A stretch of 64,000 nt of DNA from Sedimentisphaerales bacterium (GCA_963708075.1 OY970194.1:1600001-1664000); one strand, 5' to 3'; positions 39,850-50,025 are shown, counted from the stretch's first letter. Notes: generated by a model not told the origin, from the sequence alone. Made by a program: numbers and translations.

Positions 39850-41022
39850 CTAAGTCTCGCTCAGATAGTCACTTACCGATGGCTCGGTTGACGTGCTGCG
39901 CACAGCGATACTCAGGAGGACTCCGACCGCCGCAGATGATAGCAGCATGCTCGTGCCCCCGGCACTGACAAACGGCAGCGGGATGCCCTTGGTGGGCAGG
40001 ACGACGGTCACGACGCCTATGTTCAGGGCGGCCTGAAGCCCGATGGTGAGCACGATGCCCGTCGCAAGCAGCCGGGCGAACCGATCCCGACAGCGAAGCA
40101 CGACCAGTAAACCCAGGCAGATAAACAGAATAAAGAGCACGATCAGCCCAATCGTCCCGAGCAGCCCAAGCTCCTCGCCGACGATGGAGAAGATAAAATC
40201 AGTGGTGTCTTCGGGCAGGTGTCCGTACTTGCAGGTGCCCTGGCCGAGCCCCTTGCCGAGAACCCCGCCGGAGCCGATGGCAATGAGCGACTGGTTCGCC
40301 TGATACGCCACGGAGTCGCCGTATCGCTCCGGGTAGAGGAACGCGAGCACACGGTCAAGGCGTTGCGGAGAATTATACAGAACCGCTATAAACCCTGCTA
40401 CACCAAAGGGTAACGGCATCAGCACGTGCCACCATCTCGCGCCGGCGATCACCAGCATCAGGAAGCTGATCAGCCCAATGAACACAGCGGTGCCGAGGTC
40501 CTCAATGATGATCAGCCCGCACACCATGCCGATCAGTGCACACAACGGCAGAAACCGCGTCCAGAACAGCCTTATGCCGCCGTCCAACTTGCCGCATGCC
40601 CCCGCCAGGAAGAGCACCATCGTCCATTTGGCCAGTTCCGATGGCTGAGAGCTGATGCTGACGGGTCCCAGAGGCACCCGAAGCCAGCGTCGGGCCCCAT
40701 ACATCTCCGTACCTACCGACGGAATCAAGACCAACGTAAGTAGCACCGCAGCCAGCACTAACAGCCAGAGCGCCGGCCATTTGTACCACTTCGTACGATA
40801 GCTCCAGAAGCGATAATCAGGCAGAGATGCCATAAACAGCGCCACGACGGCGATGGGGAAGAACATGATTTGGCGCAGGCCCGGGTACTCGTAGAACCGC
40901 CGCCATTCGAATTCATAGCTCAGGTTGGCGCCGGCCGAAAATACCATCACCGCCCCCGTCGCCATGAGGAACAGAATCACCATGGCGATCAAATCCGCCA
41001 GCCGGTTCCGACCTTCGCTCAT
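39850..41022 (-). CDS. ftsW: SEDS peptidoglycan glycosyltransferase FtsW
   Basis: GARRWL, QPSELAK, DLGT, YQANQSLIAIGSGG..GKGLG, LPEDTTDFIF, PTKGIPLPFVSAGG; upstream of murG. Confidence 0.93.
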   Translation of the reverse strand: MSEGRNRLADLIAMVILFLMATGAVMVFSAGANLSYEFEWRRFYEYPGLRQIMFFPIAVVALFMASLPDYRFWSYRTKWYKWPALWLLVLAAVLLTLVLIPSVGTEMYGARRWLRVPLGPVSISSQPSELAKWTMVLFLAGACGKLDGGIRLFWTRFLPLCALIGMVCGLIIIEDLGTAVFIGLISFLMLVIAGARWWHVLMPLPFGVAGFIAVLYNSPQRLDRVLAFLYPERYGDSVAYQANQSLIAIGSGGVLGKGLGQGTCKYGHLPEDTTDFIFSIVGEELGLLGTIGLIVLFILFICLGLLVVLRCRDRFARLLATGIVLTIGLQAALNIGVVTVVLPTKGIPLPFVSAGGTSMLLSSAAVGVLLSIAVRSTSTEPSVSDYLSET

Positions 41023-41323
41023 AACTCCATCAACTGCAAGCATTTACCAGTGAATCCACCCCGCGCACAGTCCGAGAACATATTCTCCAATTTATTTCTT
41101 CGGCAGAACCGTGCGTTAATCTACAGAAAATCGCAGGAGATCGTGACGTACGATGCGCAACGGGCTTTTGGTGGAGCAGGCCGGGGTGTGTATCGGGATC
41201 GATCGGTTCGCGGATAGCAGACGCCCGGCTGGAATTGCTGAACCATGAGCGGCGGCTGCACAGTACCTGTATGGATGAGAGACACGGTGCAGGTTCATCA
41301 GCGGCTATTGAAAGGAGTCGGTG

Positions 41324-41824
41324 ATGGCGACGATGGAGAATCTCAAGGATGCGTTTGCGAGCGAGAGCCAGACGCACTGCAAGTATCTGGCGTTTGCCCG
41401 GAAGGCGGACGAGGATGGCTATCCGGAGGTGGCGAAGCTGTTCCGGGCGGCGGCTGCAGGCGAGGCCGTACACGCCATCGTCGACCTGCGGGCTATCGGC
41501 GAGGTCAGATCCACAGCGGAGAACCTCCAGGAGGCGACCAGCGGTGAGAGCATCGAATCCAGGGACGTGTACCCACGCTACGAGGCGATGGCCATGCAGG
41601 AGGACAACGTGACGGCCGTCGAATCGTTTCAGAACGCCATGGCCGCCGAGCAGGTCCATCAGAGCCTGTGCCTGGCGGCCTTGCGGCACATCAAGGGGGG
41701 ACAGGACCTGCCGCCACGCAGGATGTATGTGTGCGGCGAGTGCGGCGATCTGGCCGTCGACGAGCCCCCGCAGACATGCCCGGTGTGCAGCACCCCAGGC
41801 AACCACTTCGAAGAGGTACAGTGA
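41324..41824 (+). CDS. Rubrerythrin
   Basis: AFASES, EAVH, ESIE, EQVH di-iron ligands; CGECG...CPVC rubredoxin-like domain. Confidence 0.92.
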   Translation: MATMENLKDAFASESQTHCKYLAFARKADEDGYPEVAKLFRAAAAGEAVHAIVDLRAIGEVRSTAENLQEATSGESIESRDVYPRYEAMAMQEDNVTAVESFQNAMAAEQVHQSLCLAALRHIKGGQDLPPRRMYVCGECGDLAVDEPPQTCPVCSTPGNHFEEVQ

Positions 41825-41845
41825 CTCCTGAGAGACTAACCGGCT

Positions 41846-41988
41846 GGGTGCCATGTCTACGCTTGCGTAGACATGTTCCACTCGATGGCAAGGCATGCTT
41901 ACGCGAGCGTAAGCATGGCACCCGAACCATCCCATTTCTTCCCGATACCAGCGAGAACCGGCGCGGCGACCCGACATGACAAATGGAA
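41846..41988. repeat. GGGTGCCATG REP doublet with a conserved tail (copy 1)
   Basis: gggtgccatgtctacgcttgcgtagacatg...catgcttacgcgagcgtaagcatggcaccc; near-identical at 60512-60590, inverted at 56341-56419. Confidence 0.9.
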
Positions 41989-42042
41989 GCGTCCCCGCAA
42001 AATTTGCCCGCACACCATAGGCACCGGGCGCCGGGTTTTGGC

Positions 42043-42071
42043 TTGACAGTGCAATTTTTGAGGCGGATAAT
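42043..42071 (+). promoter_or_regulatory. sigma70-type promoter of the sugar catabolism operon
   Basis: TTGACA-17 nt-GATAAT. Confidence 0.55.
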
Positions 42072-42243
42072 CCGTCTTTACTGGCGCCGTTCGAAGATGG
42101 GTGAACTGCTGCGGCGGATATTGCGGGGGAGCGGCGATTCGGTCGATCGGCGGGTGTCAAAGTCACAGTAGGGACAGATGGATGGATACGCAGGAGATGC
42201 GTCGTTCTCGTTTTGGGCACATCGTTTACGGAAAGGCGGCGGT

Positions 42244-44064
42244 ATGAGCCAGGGTCGCAGCACACGTCGGGAGTTTCTCAGGAGTTCAGTCGTTTTGGGT
42301 GCGGGGGTTCTGGCGGCCGGTCCGCTGAGCCGGGGCCTGGCGCTGGCCGGCAGTTCGGGCTCCAAGATGAAGTTCGGCCTCGTGACCTATCTGTGGGGCC
42401 AGGACTGGGACCTGCCGACGGTGATCGCGAACTGCAAGAAGACGGGTGTCCCGGGCGTGGAACTGCGGGTGGAGCACGCCCACAAGGTGGAATCGAACCT
42501 GACCGAGGCCCAGCGGCGAGAGGTCAAGGCCCGCTTCGCCGACAGCGGCATCACGCTGGTAGGCATGGGCACGAATTTCGCCTTCCATTACGCCGAGAGC
42601 GACAAACTGGCGAAGGACATCGCCGGAGCCAAGGAGTACATCAAGCTGTCCCACGATTGCGGCGGGCTCGGCGTCAAGGTCAAGCCGAACGACCTGCCCA
42701 AGGGCGTGCCCTATGAGAAGACCATCCGGCAGATCGGCGAATCGTTGAATGAGCTGGCCGAATTCGCGGCCGGGTACGGCCAGAAGCTGCGACTGGAGGT
42801 CCATGGCGGATGCTCGCTGCTGCCCACGATGAAGGCGATCATGGACGTGGCGACCCATCCCAATGCCGGAGTGTGCTGGAACTGCAACTCGCAAGACCTC
42901 GAAGGTCAGGGCCTGGAGTACAACTTCAACCTCGTGCGTTCGCGGTTCGGCGACACCGCCCACGTCCGCGAGTTGAACCTCGACGATTATCCGTACCAGC
43001 AGTTGATCAACCTGCTCGTCGCGACGAACTACGACGGCTGGGTCCTGCTGGAGGGCCGGACCAAGCCCGCCGACCGGGTGAAGGCCCTGGCGGAGCAGCG
43101 GGAGGTCTTCGAGCAGATGGTGGCCAAGGCCCAGTCGGCCCCCAAACCCAGCGCGAGCGGTGTCAAGATCACCGAGCACGATAAGAAGGTCACCGTGGAG
43201 ATCGACGGCAAGCTGTTCACAGAATACTGCATGAAGGACGTCATCCGGCCATACTTCTACCCGGTGATCGGCCCGACGGGCATGCCGGTCATTCGGCACT
43301 GGCCCATCGCCGACGGCGGACCCGACGAGGAGCGCGACCATCCTCATCACAAGTCGCTCTGGTACACCCACGGCAACGTCAACGACGTCGATTTCTGGAC
43401 CGACGGCAAAGGCAAGATCGTCCACGACAAGTTCGTCGAAATCAGCTCCGGGCCGAAGGTCGGCGTGATCAAATCGCAAAACAACTGGATCGCCCCGGAC
43501 GGCAAGCTCATCTGCACCGACACGCGGATGCACCGGTTCTACAACCGGCCCGAGGGCACGATGATGGACTTCGAGGTGACGATCCACGCCTCCCAGGGCC
43601 AGGTGACCATGGGCGACACGAAGGAAGGCTCGATGGCGATCCGCCTGGCCCCGACAATGCAGACCACGCCGACGAAGGCCATGAAAGCCAGAGGCGAAGC
43701 GGCCAAGGGCCATATCATCAACAGCGAAGGCCTGACGGACAACGCTACGTGGGGCAAGCGGGCCACGTGGTGCGACTACTACGGGCCGGTCAACGACGAG
43801 GTCGTCGGCGTGGCGATCTTCGACCACCCGGAGAACCCGCGGCATCCGACGTGGTGGCACGTCCGCGACTACGGGCTGTTCGCCGTCAATCCGTTCGGCA
43901 TCCACGATTTCGAGAAAAAGCCCGCCGGCGCAGGGGACTTCGTGATCCCGGCCGGCCAGAGTGCAACATTCAAGTACCGCTTCTACTTCCACAGAGGCGA
44001 TGAGAAACAAGGCAAAGTGGCCGAACTGTATCGTGAATACGCTTCGGCGGCCGGCAGCAAATGA
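42244..44064 (+). CDS. Tat-exported xylose-isomerase-like TIM barrel fused to a DUF6807 ('PmoA-family') domain
   Basis: TRREFL; GVELR, RLEVHG, TAHVR, VLLE; then RPYFYPV, HPHHKSLW, KEGSMAIR, WCDYYG, WHVRDYG. Confidence 0.82.
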   Translation: MSQGRSTRREFLRSSVVLGAGVLAAGPLSRGLALAGSSGSKMKFGLVTYLWGQDWDLPTVIANCKKTGVPGVELRVEHAHKVESNLTEAQRREVKARFADSGITLVGMGTNFAFHYAESDKLAKDIAGAKEYIKLSHDCGGLGVKVKPNDLPKGVPYEKTIRQIGESLNELAEFAAGYGQKLRLEVHGGCSLLPTMKAIMDVATHPNAGVCWNCNSQDLEGQGLEYNFNLVRSRFGDTAHVRELNLDDYPYQQLINLLVATNYDGWVLLEGRTKPADRVKALAEQREVFEQMVAKAQSAPKPSASGVKITEHDKKVTVEIDGKLFTEYCMKDVIRPYFYPVIGPTGMPVIRHWPIADGGPDEERDHPHHKSLWYTHGNVNDVDFWTDGKGKIVHDKFVEISSGPKVGVIKSQNNWIAPDGKLICTDTRMHRFYNRPEGTMMDFEVTIHASQGQVTMGDTKEGSMAIRLAPTMQTTPTKAMKARGEAAKGHIINSEGLTDNATWGKRATWCDYYGPVNDEVVGVAIFDHPENPRHPTWWHVRDYGLFAVNPFGIHDFEKKPAGAGDFVIPAGQSATFKYRFYFHRGDEKQGKVAELYREYASAAGSK

Positions 44065-44067
44065 CGT

Positions 44068-44152
44068 AATTGATAATGGATGATTGATGATGGATAATTG
44101 AAATAGGAGGTCGGACCTTCCTTCATCAATGATCAATCATCAATCATCAATG
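44068..44152. repeat. Heptamer tandem-repeat hairpin at an operon junction
   Basis: attgata atggatg attgatg atggata attgaaa ... catcaat gatcaat catcaat catcaat. Confidence 0.8.
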
Positions 44153-44166
44153 GAAAGGGTCAGACT

Positions 44167-45648
44167 ATGAGCAACGTGACACGTCGTGACTTTCTCAGGA
44201 CTTCGATGGCCGTGGGCGCCGGCCTGGCGATGGCGGCACCGGCCTCACGCGTGCTGGGGGCCAATGACGACATCCGCCTGGGCATCGTGGGCGTCGGAAG
44301 CCAGGGCGGCGGACACATGGGCATCTTCAGCAAGATCCCGGGCGTCCGCCTCGTGGCGATTAGCGACGCCGATCGCAATCAGCTTGACAGGAGGGCTGCC
44401 AATTTCGAGAAAGAGAACGGCGTCAAGCTCAAGACATACGTGGACTTCCGCAAGCTGCTGGAGGACAAGGAGATCGACGCGATCACGTCGGCCACGCCGA
44501 ACCACTGGCACGCGCTGGTGACGGTCTGGGCCTGCCAGGCGGGCAAAGACGTGTACATCGAGAAACCCGCTTGCCATGAGATCTGGGAGGGCCGCAAGAT
44601 GGTCGAGGCCGCCCGCAAGTACAACCGCATCGTCCAGATCGGCACGCAGAAACGCTCGTCCGAAGCCCACAAGGCGGCGTTCGAGTGGATTCGCGAAGGT
44701 CACATCGGCAAGATCAAGTGGGTTCGCGGGTTCTGCTACAAAGGCCGCGGCCCCGGCACTAATGGGATCGTCAAGGGCACGAATGGTCCCAAGCCTATAC
44801 CGGCCAGCGTGGACTACAACCTCTGGTGCGGCCCGGCCGAAATGACACCGCTGCAGCGCGAGCAGTTGCATTACGTCTGGCACTGGGTCTGGAACACCGG
44901 CAACGGCGACATCGGCAACCAGGGTCCCCACGAGATGGACATCGCCCGCTGGGCGCTGGGCAATCCCGGACTGCCGACGAGAGCCTTCAGCATCGGCGGC
45001 CGGTTCGGCGTCAGCGAGGTCGGGGATGTGGGCGAGACGGCCAATACCCAGATCGCCTTCTTTGACTACAAGCCGGCTCCGCTGATCTTCGAAGTGCGCG
45101 GGCTGCCTACGAAGAAAGGCGAGCGCACGATGGACAACTACCGCCGGACCGGTGTCGATATCGGCGACTGCGTTCAGTGCGAAGGCGGGTACTTCCCCTC
45201 CGGCGACGGCGGCGGTTGGGTCTTCGATAACGACGGCAAGAAGATTCAGCAGTTCTCCGGCCGCGGCGGCGAAGGACACCATGAGAACTTCATCAAGGCC
45301 GTGCGCAGCCGCAAACGCAGCGACCAGAACGCCGACATCGAGGTCGGACATCTCTCGGCCGCCCTGTGCCACATGGCCAACACCTCCTACCGCCTGGGCA
45401 AGAAGGCGACCGTTGACGAGATCAAGGCCGCCATCGGCGACAATGCCGAGATGATGGACTCATTCAACAGGATGCTCGACCATCTGGCCGCCAACGAGGT
45501 GGACCTTACGAAAGAGCCCATCACGATGGGCCCGGTACTCACGATGGATCCCGAGAAGGAGCAGTACGTCGGCGAGAACAGCGAGATGGCCAACATGTTC
45601 CTGAAACGCAACTACCGCGAGCCGTTCGTGGTGCCGGAGCGTGTCTAA
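44167..45648 (+). CDS. Tat-exported Gfo/Idh/MocA oxidoreductase
   Basis: TRRDFL, GIVGVGSQG, ATPNHWH, GKDVYIEKP, QIGTQ.RS, GNQGPHEMD. Confidence 0.93.
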   Translation: MSNVTRRDFLRTSMAVGAGLAMAAPASRVLGANDDIRLGIVGVGSQGGGHMGIFSKIPGVRLVAISDADRNQLDRRAANFEKENGVKLKTYVDFRKLLEDKEIDAITSATPNHWHALVTVWACQAGKDVYIEKPACHEIWEGRKMVEAARKYNRIVQIGTQKRSSEAHKAAFEWIREGHIGKIKWVRGFCYKGRGPGTNGIVKGTNGPKPIPASVDYNLWCGPAEMTPLQREQLHYVWHWVWNTGNGDIGNQGPHEMDIARWALGNPGLPTRAFSIGGRFGVSEVGDVGETANTQIAFFDYKPAPLIFEVRGLPTKKGERTMDNYRRTGVDIGDCVQCEGGYFPSGDGGGWVFDNDGKKIQQFSGRGGEGHHENFIKAVRSRKRSDQNADIEVGHLSAALCHMANTSYRLGKKATVDEIKAAIGDNAEMMDSFNRMLDHLAANEVDLTKEPITMGPVLTMDPEKEQYVGENSEMANMFLKRNYREPFVVPERV

Positions 45649-45654
45649 GAGAGT

Positions 45655-45718
45655 AGACAGTTGTCAGTTCCCAGTTGACAGTTGCGCACTGGGAACTGAC
45701 AACTGAAAACTGGAAACT
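45655..45718. repeat. Heptamer tandem-repeat hairpin at an operon junction
   Basis: gacagtt gtcagtt cccagtt gacagtt gcgc actggga actgaca actgaaa actggaa act. Confidence 0.8.
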
Positions 45719-45723
45719 CAGAG

Positions 45724-46557
45724 ATGAGATTTGCCCTCTGCAACGAGATGTTCGAGGCCCGGCCGATGGCCGAGATCGCCGCTGTCGCGAGCCGGCTCGG
45801 CTATCACGGCCTGGAGCTTGCCCCCTTCACGCTGGCTCCCTCCGCGACCGAGGTCACGAAGCGGCAGCGCAAGGAAACCCGCAAGGTCATCGCCGACCAC
45901 GGGCTCGAAACGGTCGGCCTGCACTGGCTGTTCGCGAGGCCCGGGGGAGCAAAAGATCTTCCGCCCCTGCACATGACCACGCCGGACCAGGCCACATGGC
46001 AGCGGACGCGGGATTACCTGACCGCTCTGCTCGACCTGTGCAGCGATCTCGGCGGCAAGGTCCTCGTCCTCGGCTCGCCCAAGCAGCGAGATATCATCGA
46101 GGGCCAGACCAGAGAGGGCGCATGGCGCCGGGCGGTCGATCTGCTCAGCTCGGTGCTCGACCAGGCCGGTGAGCTGGGCCTGACGATCTGTTTCGAGCCG
46201 CTCTCGCCCGCCGAGACGAACTTCGTCAACACCGTCGAGGAAGGCATGAAAATGGTTCGCGAGATCGGCCATCCGAATTTCAAGATCCATCTCGATGTCA
46301 AGGCGATGAGCTCGGAATCCAGGCCCGTACCGGCGGTTATCCGCGCAGTGAAGGTCGGGGACATCGGTCATTTCCATGTGAACGATCCAAACCTCTACGG
46401 CCCCGGCATGGGCGAGGTCGATTACGCCCCCATCGCCCAGGCCGTCCGCGACATCGGCTACGACAAGTGGCTCTCCGTCGAGGTCTTCAAGTACGACCCC
46501 GACCCCGAAACCATCGCCAGAAAGAGCATCGACTACCTCCGCCACTTCTGGCCCTGA
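45724..46557 (+). CDS. Sugar phosphate isomerase/epimerase (ketose 3-epimerase-like TIM barrel)
   Basis: GLELAPF, GSPKQR, FEPL...ETNF, HLDVKAM, HFHVND, SVEVF. Confidence 0.88.
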   Translation: MRFALCNEMFEARPMAEIAAVASRLGYHGLELAPFTLAPSATEVTKRQRKETRKVIADHGLETVGLHWLFARPGGAKDLPPLHMTTPDQATWQRTRDYLTALLDLCSDLGGKVLVLGSPKQRDIIEGQTREGAWRRAVDLLSSVLDQAGELGLTICFEPLSPAETNFVNTVEEGMKMVREIGHPNFKIHLDVKAMSSESRPVPAVIRAVKVGDIGHFHVNDPNLYGPGMGEVDYAPIAQAVRDIGYDKWLSVEVFKYDPDPETIARKSIDYLRHFWP

Positions 46558-46645
46558 CGGACATCGGTATCCCGCAAGCACGTTTCACGAGGCAGGCCCC
46601 CAAGCCTGCCTCTTCGTTTGTCCACCGAAGCGACAAGCAGGATCC

Positions 46646-46725
46646 GGGTGGCAGCGGCAAGCGCAGCTTGCCGACGGTTTGCCCATTCGCCATCGGCAAA
46701 GCTTTCGGCTTTGCCGATGCCACCC
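46646..46725. repeat. Inverted REP doublet, GGGTGGC family
   Basis: gggtggcagcggcaagcgcagcttgccg ... catcggcaaagctttcggctttgccgatgccaccc. Confidence 0.75.
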
Positions 46726-46904
46726 AGCGATATGAGATACTCAACCATAGTCGGTATCACCCCATGTCTGCCGTACCACAATCTTTCGTGCACCCGATCC
46801 TCCCCGGCTGCGTAGAATACTCGTTACGTTCGATGGAGAATATCGATAGAATAGCCGGCACGATTCAGGACCTTGTCTGTTATGCATTGGGCGAGTCGGT
46901 GAGT

Positions 46905-49466
46905 ATGGACACGAAACGGAAACTCCTTAGAAATGCCGGTTCCATCATCAGCGTCTGTCTGTTCGTCGTGGCCGCCGTTGTCATTCATCACGAACTGAAG
47001 GCCTACCGCGTCCACGACATCGCCCGTCAGATCGGGCAGGTGCCTCGCGGCAACGTGCTGGCCGCCTTCGTACTCACCATCCTCAACTATCTGGTCCTGA
47101 CCGGCAGCGACGCACTCGCGCTGCGGTACGTGCGTCATCCGCTCGCCTATCACAGGCTCGCCTTCGCCTCGTTCATCGGGTACGCCTTCAGCAACAATGT
47201 AACGATCGTCGGGGGAAGCGCCGCTCGATACCGAGTCTATTCGGCATTAGGTGTGTCTGCCAACGATCTCACGGAGCTGATCCTCTTTTGCAGCCTTACA
47301 TTCTGGCTGGGTCTCTTCGCTGTCGGCGGTGCCGTGCTTGTGCTGGAGTGGCAATCGCTGCCCGTGCCGCAGGAATTGCACCTGCCCTTCCAATCCATCT
47401 GGATGATCGGGATTGTCTTTCTCCTGGTCGTGGGCGTCTATCTGGTCGGTGTCGCACTGCGCCGGCGTCCACTGAACATTCGCGGGTGGGAGTTGCCTGT
47501 GCCCTCGCTGGCGTTGGCCGTCGGTCAGGTTGGGATCTCGGCTCTCGACTGGCTGCTGGCGGCCGGAGTCCTGTTTGTTCTGCTCCCGGAGGGGCTGCAC
47601 GTAACGTTCGCCAGGTTCCTCGGCATCTTCATGCTTGCCCAGTCGGCCGGGCTGCTCAGTTACGTCCCGGGAGGACTTGGCGTTTTCGAGACCGTCCTGC
47701 TGTTGTCCCTCGCCGACGACAGCGATGCGGCGGCTCTGACAGCGGCGTTGCTTCTGTATCGGTTCATCTATTACTTTCTGCCGTTGATGCTGGGCGTCAT
47801 GTTGTTGACCATTCACGAGATTCTGCCCCAAATGCCCACCGTCAAGCGCGTCGGCATTCGCATTGGGAAATGGGGCTCGGCGGTCGTGCCGCAGGTATTC
47901 GCCTTCGCCGTGTTCGTGGCCGGAGCGATCCTTCTATTCTCCGGCGCCCTGCCGCCGGTCCGGGGACGGTTCGAGGTGCTTCGGGACCTGCTGCCTCTTC
48001 CGGCGATCGAGCTATCCCACTTCCTCGGCAGCCTCACGGGTGCGGCGCTGCTGATCCTGGCTCGCGGCCTGCAACGACGCCTGGACGGCGCGTACCACCT
48101 CACGATCCTCTTGCTCGCTGCCGGCATCGGCTTTTCCCTGCTCAAGGGACTGGACTACGAAGAGGCGATTATCCTCGGCGTCATGCTGGCGGCCCTCCTG
48201 CCCTGCCGGAGCCAGTTCTACCGCAAGGCCTCTCTCACCACACAATGGTTCAGCCCGGGATGGATGACGCTGATTCTCATCGTCCTGCTGTGCTCCGTAT
48301 GGTTGGGCCTGTTCGCCTACAAACACGTGGACTACTCCCATGACCTGTGGTGGAAATTCACGTTCCGGGGCGATGCGCCGCGGTTCCTGCGAGCGACGGC
48401 GGGAGCAGTCGCCTTGATCCTTCTTTATGCCGGAGCGCGACTCCTCGTGCCGACACAGCCCAACCCGGAAGTGCTGGACCAAAGTACGCTGGCGAAAGTC
48501 CGTGAGATTGTCGATGCGTCGCCAAAGACCTATGCCTGCCTGGCCCTGCTGGGCGATAAGCAGTTCGTCTTCAGCGACAGGCAGGATGCGTTCATCATGT
48601 ACGGCGTCGAGAATCGCACATGGGTCGCCATGGGCGATCCGATCGGACCTCAGGAGCAATGGGAGGACCTCGCCTGGAAGTTTCTCGAGATCTGCGACCG
48701 CTATGATGGCCAGCCCGTGTTCTACCAGGTCGATGCGCAGGCTCTCGATCTGTACACGAATCTGGGTATGACGTTCTTGAAGCTCGGGGAAGAGGCGCGG
48801 GTGTCCCTCGCATCCTTCTCACTGGAAGGCAACGCCAGAAAGGGATTGCGACACTCCCACAACAAGACCGCGAAGGACAATTACACCTTCCGGATACTGC
48901 CTGCAGACCAGGTCCCGGCCATCCTGGACTCGCTGACGCGTGTCTCGGATGCCTGGCTGCGGGAGAAGAATACGAGGGAGAAGGGATTCTCGCTGGGCTT
49001 CTTCGACCCTGCGTACATCTCGCGGTGCCCCGTCGCCGTCGTGGACAGCCCCGACGGGATCGCCGCGTTTGCCAATCTCTGGCAGGGCGCGGGGAAGGAG
49101 GAGCTGTCCGTTGACCTGATGCGCCACCTGCCGAGCTGCCCGGAAGGCATCATGGACTACCTGTTCATCGAGCTGATGCTATGGGGCAGAGGGCAGGGCT
49201 ACGCGTGGTTCAATCTGGGCATGGCCCCCTTGTCGGGCCTGGAGAATCGGGCCCTGGCCCCCTTCTGGACCAAGGCCGGCGCCTTGCTCTTTCGCCACGG
49301 GGAGCACTTCTATAACTTCCAGGGCCTGCGGCAATATAAGGACAAATTCGGCCCGGAATGGCGTCCGAAGTACCTGGCCTGCCGCGGCGGCCTGGCCCTG
49401 CCCCGCATTCTGACGAACATCGCCACCCTGACCTCCGGCGGCCTCGGCGGAATCATCGCGAAATAG
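46905..49466 (+). CDS. mprF: Bifunctional aminoacyl-phosphatidylglycerol flippase/synthetase MprF
   Basis: Multi-TM N-terminus with VPGGLGVFE and YRFIYY; C-terminal AMGDPIG, KLGEEA, EKGFSLG, SVDLMR, LGMAPL, YNFQGLRQYKDKF.P.W. Confidence 0.93.
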   Translation: MDTKRKLLRNAGSIISVCLFVVAAVVIHHELKAYRVHDIARQIGQVPRGNVLAAFVLTILNYLVLTGSDALALRYVRHPLAYHRLAFASFIGYAFSNNVTIVGGSAARYRVYSALGVSANDLTELILFCSLTFWLGLFAVGGAVLVLEWQSLPVPQELHLPFQSIWMIGIVFLLVVGVYLVGVALRRRPLNIRGWELPVPSLALAVGQVGISALDWLLAAGVLFVLLPEGLHVTFARFLGIFMLAQSAGLLSYVPGGLGVFETVLLLSLADDSDAAALTAALLLYRFIYYFLPLMLGVMLLTIHEILPQMPTVKRVGIRIGKWGSAVVPQVFAFAVFVAGAILLFSGALPPVRGRFEVLRDLLPLPAIELSHFLGSLTGAALLILARGLQRRLDGAYHLTILLLAAGIGFSLLKGLDYEEAIILGVMLAALLPCRSQFYRKASLTTQWFSPGWMTLILIVLLCSVWLGLFAYKHVDYSHDLWWKFTFRGDAPRFLRATAGAVALILLYAGARLLVPTQPNPEVLDQSTLAKVREIVDASPKTYACLALLGDKQFVFSDRQDAFIMYGVENRTWVAMGDPIGPQEQWEDLAWKFLEICDRYDGQPVFYQVDAQALDLYTNLGMTFLKLGEEARVSLASFSLEGNARKGLRHSHNKTAKDNYTFRILPADQVPAILDSLTRVSDAWLREKNTREKGFSLGFFDPAYISRCPVAVVDSPDGIAAFANLWQGAGKEELSVDLMRHLPSCPEGIMDYLFIELMLWGRGQGYAWFNLGMAPLSGLENRALAPFWTKAGALLFRHGEHFYNFQGLRQYKDKFGPEWRPKYLACRGGLALPRILTNIATLTSGGLGGIIAK

Positions 49467-49629
49467 AACAACACCAGACACCGCGGATACGCTATCAGCG
49501 GGCCAGCGACTCTCCGTCGAGCCATTCTACGTCCGCTGCTTCCGGCCGTGAAAGCCACCGTGACGAACAAATCCGTGAAAGGCTTGTCAAATCGACCGCT
49601 GGTCTTATTCTCTCACCATATCGAAGGCC

Positions 49630-50025
49630 GTAGGGTACGCCATGCACACCATTTCTCCCACGCGTCCGAAACATCGGGAGTGCGGGGTTTGGCGGAAGCG
49701 GCTCTGGGAACATCGCATTCGGGATGAGAGCGACATGATCCATCGCGTCAATTACATCCACTACAACCCGGCAAAGCACTTGCTCGTAACATGCCCTCAT
49801 GCATGGGCATATTCCAGCTTTCACCAGTGGGTGAAAGAGGGTTATTACAAACAGGATTGGCTGTGCGTTTGCGAGGGCCGGCGGCCCATCATGCCGGATT
49901 TCGGTCGGATCAGCATTGTAGGCGAGTAACAACCATCTGCTATGCGACGATTTCCTGGTTTCGGCGAGCTCTGACCCGCAACGGGCCGCCAATCTCAGAG
50001 TCGTGGTGTGCACGGCACACCCTAC
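49630..50025 (+). mobile_element. Truncated REP-associated tyrosine transposase (RAYT) remnant bounded by inverted GTAG REPs
   Basis: Frame 49642-49929 encodes VWRKRLWEHRIRDESD...YIHYNPAKH...WAYSSF (RAYT C-terminal half; no HUH). Flanked by gtagggtacgccatgcacacc and ggtgtgcacggcacaccctac. Confidence 0.85.

Noticed and set aside
41846..41923. CRISPR array or tRNA suggested by palindromic repeats
   Set aside because: The repeats are dispersed inverted doublets, not direct repeats with unique spacers; no cas genes and no cloverleaf or T-loop motif were seen.
46467..46904. 146-aa N-terminal extension of MprF in the ORF track
   Set aside because: It overlaps the upstream gene and crosses a REP doublet; MprF-like sequence begins near 46905.
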